From Sulfolobales archaeon (GTDB lineage Archaea; Thermoproteota; Thermoprotei_A; Sulfolobales; AG1): DNA of 64,000 nucleotides. Positions within the stretch are counted from its first letter, which is position 1, and each line of letters starts with the position of its first letter. Of the stretch, positions 60,394-64,000 are shown one piece after another. Both the position numbers and the translations under genes were made by a program. The stretch lies in NCBI GenBank assembly GCA_038867615.1, contig JAWBYA010000001.1:1-64000 (forward strand). The letters are read 5' to 3'. Under the pieces are notes generated by a model. It searched no databases and was not told where the DNA came from. It saw only the letters and a list, made by a program, of their open reading frames with translations.

Positions 60394-63300
60394 TTGAAAA
60401 CAATAGGTCAAGTCTTTCAATTAAAAGAATCTTTAGAATCTTTAAAATCCGAGCTAATACCTAGTTTCGATGAAGTGATAAGAAGCTACCTAGGCCAGCA
60501 TGTGAGGACAAGATTCAAAGATCCGGGGTATGTGGTGGAGGTCACGTTTCTTACACCACCATTACAGATCTTTATAAAAAGGATCCTAAAAGCCCTCGAA
60601 ACCCCAACGGTTCAAGGTACATATCTCATTAAGGGTTTTGGCTTTGGAAAAACCCATGCTATAATACTTCTGTGGCATATGTTGAACTCAAAAGAGGGGG
60701 CAAGCTCGCTGTTAGCAAAACAGCTCGAGCTTGATGAGAGAATAGTTAGAGAGACCTTGGTTTTGGGTATAGATTTTAAAGAAGAACAGCCTTTCTCCCG
60801 TTTGTTTAATCAGCTTAAGGCAATAGCGAAGAGACAGCCGGAGCAGTGGCAGATAAAAGATCCAAAGCTTTCTAGTGCTATAATAGAAGTGCTTAGAGAA
60901 ATAAATGAAGCTGAGATTTTATCTAAGCCGTCAGAGGATTTCGCAAACGTGATAGTCAAGATCCTTGAAAGATATAGAGAGACAGGAGCAGATCCGAAAC
61001 TTCTGCTCCTAATAGACGAGCTTGGAATAGGTATAATTGGGAGGCTGACAAGCTATATAGAAAGCTATATAAAAACCGGTAGATATAATGAGGAGAAATA
61101 CGGCGAGATCGAGTTTATAATCAATTTTATAGAGCATCTCTATACAAAACTAAGTGGAAAGGGGATATCGGCTTACATTATAGTAGCCCTCGCGGAGCAA
61201 GATATTAGAGAGTTGGAATACATCTATCTCCAGCAGTCAGACAAGCCCGAGATCCGGGAAAAGATAAGGGGTCTTCAAAAGCGCCTCGATATCTTGAGAG
61301 AGCGCTTGGGCAGAGCAGCCGGGGGCTTGGGTGAGGAGATAGCCTTGTCCTACGATCTAGAGCATGTTATAAACATAGCGAAGCACAGAGTGCTTAAAAA
61401 GATAGGAAAAGAGGTAGATGTGGGAGAGGCTCTTTTATCGCATTTAGCGTTACAGGCTCAGCAATATAACTTGCAGAAGACCCTTGAGGTGTATAAGGAG
61501 CAGATCAAGAACTACTACCCCTTATCCCCAAGCATGATATGGTTATTCAGGAAAATATTAAACCCCTACGATGTTCCAAGGACGGAGTATGTTAGAACAG
61601 TTATAAATATACTTGCAAGGGCTGCTGAAGAAGCCCTTAAACATGATGTTCAAGCACTGAGCATTGGGGTAAAACACCTCCCACTCGGAATGTCAGGTGT
61701 GGTCGACCTTATGGGAGAGTTTGAAGTAGAATGGGCAAGCGCTATCTCAGATATAGAGCACACCATAAGATCAGCAAATCCAGAGATACAGAAAACAGTA
61801 GAGGTAATAGCTAAAGAAATACTTGCGAAGGGTACTACGGCTAACGTGTTAGCCCTCATAGAATTGAAAGATGCGAAGGAGATCAAAGCATATGGTGTTT
61901 CGCTGGAGGAAATACAGATAGATATACTAGCAACGTTACCACCTGAAGAGGCATCAAAAACCATAGCGAAGCTTCAAGACGCCATAGAATACTTAAAAAC
62001 ACAGAGCGCAAGGATCGATGAAAAGGAATATGACGCGCAAAAATTCTACATACCATCGCCCATGAGAACCATTTATGATAAACTTGCAGCCTTTGTAGTA
62101 GAGCAGAGAAAAGTACTTGAAGAGCCATTAAGAATTCCAGCCTATTTGCAGGATGCGGGTTTACCCAGTCTCTTTTACAATCCAAGGGTGGCGATACCAG
62201 CGAGGGAGGGGGAGGTTAAAGTACTGCTTAAAGACTACAACACCGTTGAAAACGTTGAGGAGCTCATAAACAGCAGAGATCTGAGGGAGGCTCAAAACGA
62301 AGGAAAGCTTTCCATAGTAGTTGTTCCGCCTTGGGATAGTTTTCTCTTCTACGAATTATACCAGAGGAACAAGAGTTATCATGTTATTGTGAAAGAGATA
62401 GCGCGAAAGCTTGAAAACAAGGTTATGGAGGGAGAGATCGCTCGTCAATATCACCTTCTAATCCTTGTACCAAATATAAGTAAAGATAAACTGGCACAAC
62501 TAATAGACGATGCGATCTCATACATGGCAGTAAAGAATTTCATAGATCATCTCAAGAATAAAGAGAAAATACTGGAGGAGAAAATGAGCGATTATGAGAG
62601 AACAATTAAGAAGAGACTTACGCAGAGCTTAATGGAGTATTTCGAGGAGCAGCGCAAAAAGCTAGAAGCATTCGTAGATCGCCAGGTAAGGGATGCAAGA
62701 CTATCTGCCCAAAGAGAGCTTATAAAACTATCGAGGAAAATAGCTACAGACGTGATCGAGCTATTTGAGGATGTGATCTTCTATAGCATGCAGTCTGAGG
62801 GTTTCACAACCCAAAGCCTGGTCAAGCTCTTTGGTGAACTATCTGGCGAAGCCTCGAAACTGGAGGAGAATAAAAAATCCTCTTTATCAGAATATTCTCT
62901 TATTATGAATATGTTCTTTAGAAAGGTAGTCGAGTCCACCTGGTTCACTTGGGATCCAAAGATTATATCTGATGCTATATACAGGCGCTATAAGATGGAG
63001 ATTGAAAACAACGTGTTCCGAGAATCGGACAGAATAAGTGAGATAATCGAAAACGCGATGCTCGGTACATATGGTGTAAAGCCTCTGAGTGTTAATGTGG
63101 TTCGCGAGGCTATTAGCATGTTAAATGAAAAAACAATAGAGGTTAAGAACAGAAGAGTAATATTGAAGGTAGATGAAAAGGCGGATCTGATATTCTTTAA
63201 AGAAGAAATTATAGAAGAGGTAAAACCGGTCGAGGAAACCATAGAGATACAGAGAAAAGAGCAGGAGAAGGAGGTAACCGTAAGAGTTGATCAAACCCGT

Positions 63301-63672
63301 AGAGAGGAAAAAGTTGTGGAAGAGAGAGACCATGTTGTGATCGAGATAGGGAGGGGGTTTGATTATGAGGATTTCAAACGGAGATTAAGCTCGCTTTCTC
63401 AAACACCTGGTGTCGAGATCAAGTTAATAAGTATCAATGCTTTTGGAGATCCTATTGAGGCGACTCTCAAGTTCAAGGGCTCAAAGCACGAGATCCCCAT
63501 GATAATTAGTGCGACAAGATTCCTCGTTCAAATATCTGAGAAATACAATGTAGCCCCTCAGCTCGAGATCATGCTTACAAAGCCTCTTCCAGAAGATAAG
63601 CTTAAAGAAATACTTGGTCCGTTCTATATTAAAAAGGTGAGTAGGAGCTGGGATAAATTCCTACCAACTTGA
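60394..63672 (+). CDS. DUF499-like large P-loop ATPase (BrxC-related)
   Basis: Walker A 'GFGFGKTH', Walker B 'LLLIDEL', 'YPLSP', long helical C-terminus; operonic with the methyltransferase. Confidence 0.78.
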   Translation: MKTIGQVFQLKESLESLKSELIPSFDEVIRSYLGQHVRTRFKDPGYVVEVTFLTPPLQIFIKRILKALETPTVQGTYLIKGFGFGKTHAIILLWHMLNSKEGASSLLAKQLELDERIVRETLVLGIDFKEEQPFSRLFNQLKAIAKRQPEQWQIKDPKLSSAIIEVLREINEAEILSKPSEDFANVIVKILERYRETGADPKLLLLIDELGIGIIGRLTSYIESYIKTGRYNEEKYGEIEFIINFIEHLYTKLSGKGISAYIIVALAEQDIRELEYIYLQQSDKPEIREKIRGLQKRLDILRERLGRAAGGLGEEIALSYDLEHVINIAKHRVLKKIGKEVDVGEALLSHLALQAQQYNLQKTLEVYKEQIKNYYPLSPSMIWLFRKILNPYDVPRTEYVRTVINILARAAEEALKHDVQALSIGVKHLPLGMSGVVDLMGEFEVEWASAISDIEHTIRSANPEIQKTVEVIAKEILAKGTTANVLALIELKDAKEIKAYGVSLEEIQIDILATLPPEEASKTIAKLQDAIEYLKTQSARIDEKEYDAQKFYIPSPMRTIYDKLAAFVVEQRKVLEEPLRIPAYLQDAGLPSLFYNPRVAIPAREGEVKVLLKDYNTVENVEELINSRDLREAQNEGKLSIVVVPPWDSFLFYELYQRNKSYHVIVKEIARKLENKVMEGEIARQYHLLILVPNISKDKLAQLIDDAISYMAVKNFIDHLKNKEKILEEKMSDYERTIKKRLTQSLMEYFEEQRKKLEAFVDRQVRDARLSAQRELIKLSRKIATDVIELFEDVIFYSMQSEGFTTQSLVKLFGELSGEASKLEENKKSSLSEYSLIMNMFFRKVVESTWFTWDPKIISDAIYRRYKMEIENNVFRESDRISEIIENAMLGTYGVKPLSVNVVREAISMLNEKTIEVKNRRVILKVDEKADLIFFKEEIIEEVKPVEETIEIQRKEQEKEVTVRVDQTRREEKVVEERDHVVIEIGRGFDYEDFKRRLSSLSQTPGVEIKLISINAFGDPIEATLKFKGSKHEIPMIISATRFLVQISEKYNVAPQLEIMLTKPLPEDKLKEILGPFYIKKVSRSWDKFLPT

Positions 63673-63682
63673 AGGGGAGACC

Positions 63683-64000
63683 TTGACGGAGTTAGAGGAA
63701 AAGATCCGGAAAGCCTTTGGGGATGTGGTTGTTGATAAAGGACTAGCTATACGTCATGAGGTTGCGAGACTGCCCCGCTTTATATCAGAGTATCTAATAT
63801 CTAGATATAGTGCTAAGTATCCGAATCGTGAGACTGCTTTTAACAAGCTTGCTGAAGTAGTTGCGGAGTACTTCCCAGAGCCGAGGGATAAGGATCGGGT
63901 GTTCTATAAGTTAATGCAGCAAGGCTGGGTTAGGCTTATAGATGAGTTCAAAGTAAGTGTAGACCTGCAGAGAAACATATACAGGCTGCATATACCATGC
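63683..64000 (+). CDS. BrxL-like (BREX Lon-like/MCM-like) protein, N-terminal part, truncated by window
   Basis: My translation: MTELEEKIRKAFGDVVVDKGLAIRHEVARLPRFISEYLIS...FYKLMQQGWVRLIDEFKVSVDLQRNIYRLHIP, resembling the BrxL N-terminus (F...VV.K, P.yV.EyL, ID...V.vd). Confidence 0.7.
   Translation, partial: MTELEEKIRKAFGDVVVDKGLAIRHEVARLPRFISEYLISRYSAKYPNRETAFNKLAEVVAEYFPEPRDKDRVFYKLMQQGWVRLIDEFKVSVDLQRNIYRLHIPC

Noticed and set aside
1-64000. CRISPR array or rRNA
   Set aside because: No regularly spaced 24-40 bp repeats and no rRNA-like sequence seen

Overview
Gene-dense chromosomal segment of a thermophilic crenarchaeon (Thermoprotei; Desulfurococcales/Aeropyrum-like by gene content: AglB, proteasome beta, archaeal S7, AGOG, Clp1, TFB paralog, E1a-E1b-E2-E3 2-oxoacid dehydrogenase operon, tRNA-Ile). 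Two TnpB-only element families have invaded it. Family 1 has about 9 copies: one with an intact tnpB whose RuvC-III catalytic Asp is replaced by Gln, one frameshifted, and about 7 MITE-sized copies (one cut by the window start). Family 2 has one intact, catalytically complete tnpB and 2-3 MITE-sized copies. In both families the small copies have lost the tnpB CDS but join the tnpB promoter to the 3' omegaRNA-like scaffold, so they look like dispersed stand-alone guide-RNA genes, each with a different host-derived guide. Junctions (CC/GG cores) point to IS607-type transposition. One gene (tsaA/trmO) is hit by both families, and two host genes take their stop codon from the element. The last 7 kb is a compositionally distinct defence island: DUF1156-type methyltransferase, DUF499-type ATPase and the start of a BrxL-like gene (BREX-related). 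Also seen: strong GATC enrichment, a candidate structured ncRNA at about 44.3 kb, a TFB lacking its Zn ribbon, and an orphan 2-oxoacid:ferredoxin oxidoreductase alpha gene. All family assignments come from motif recognition by eye; no searches were run.
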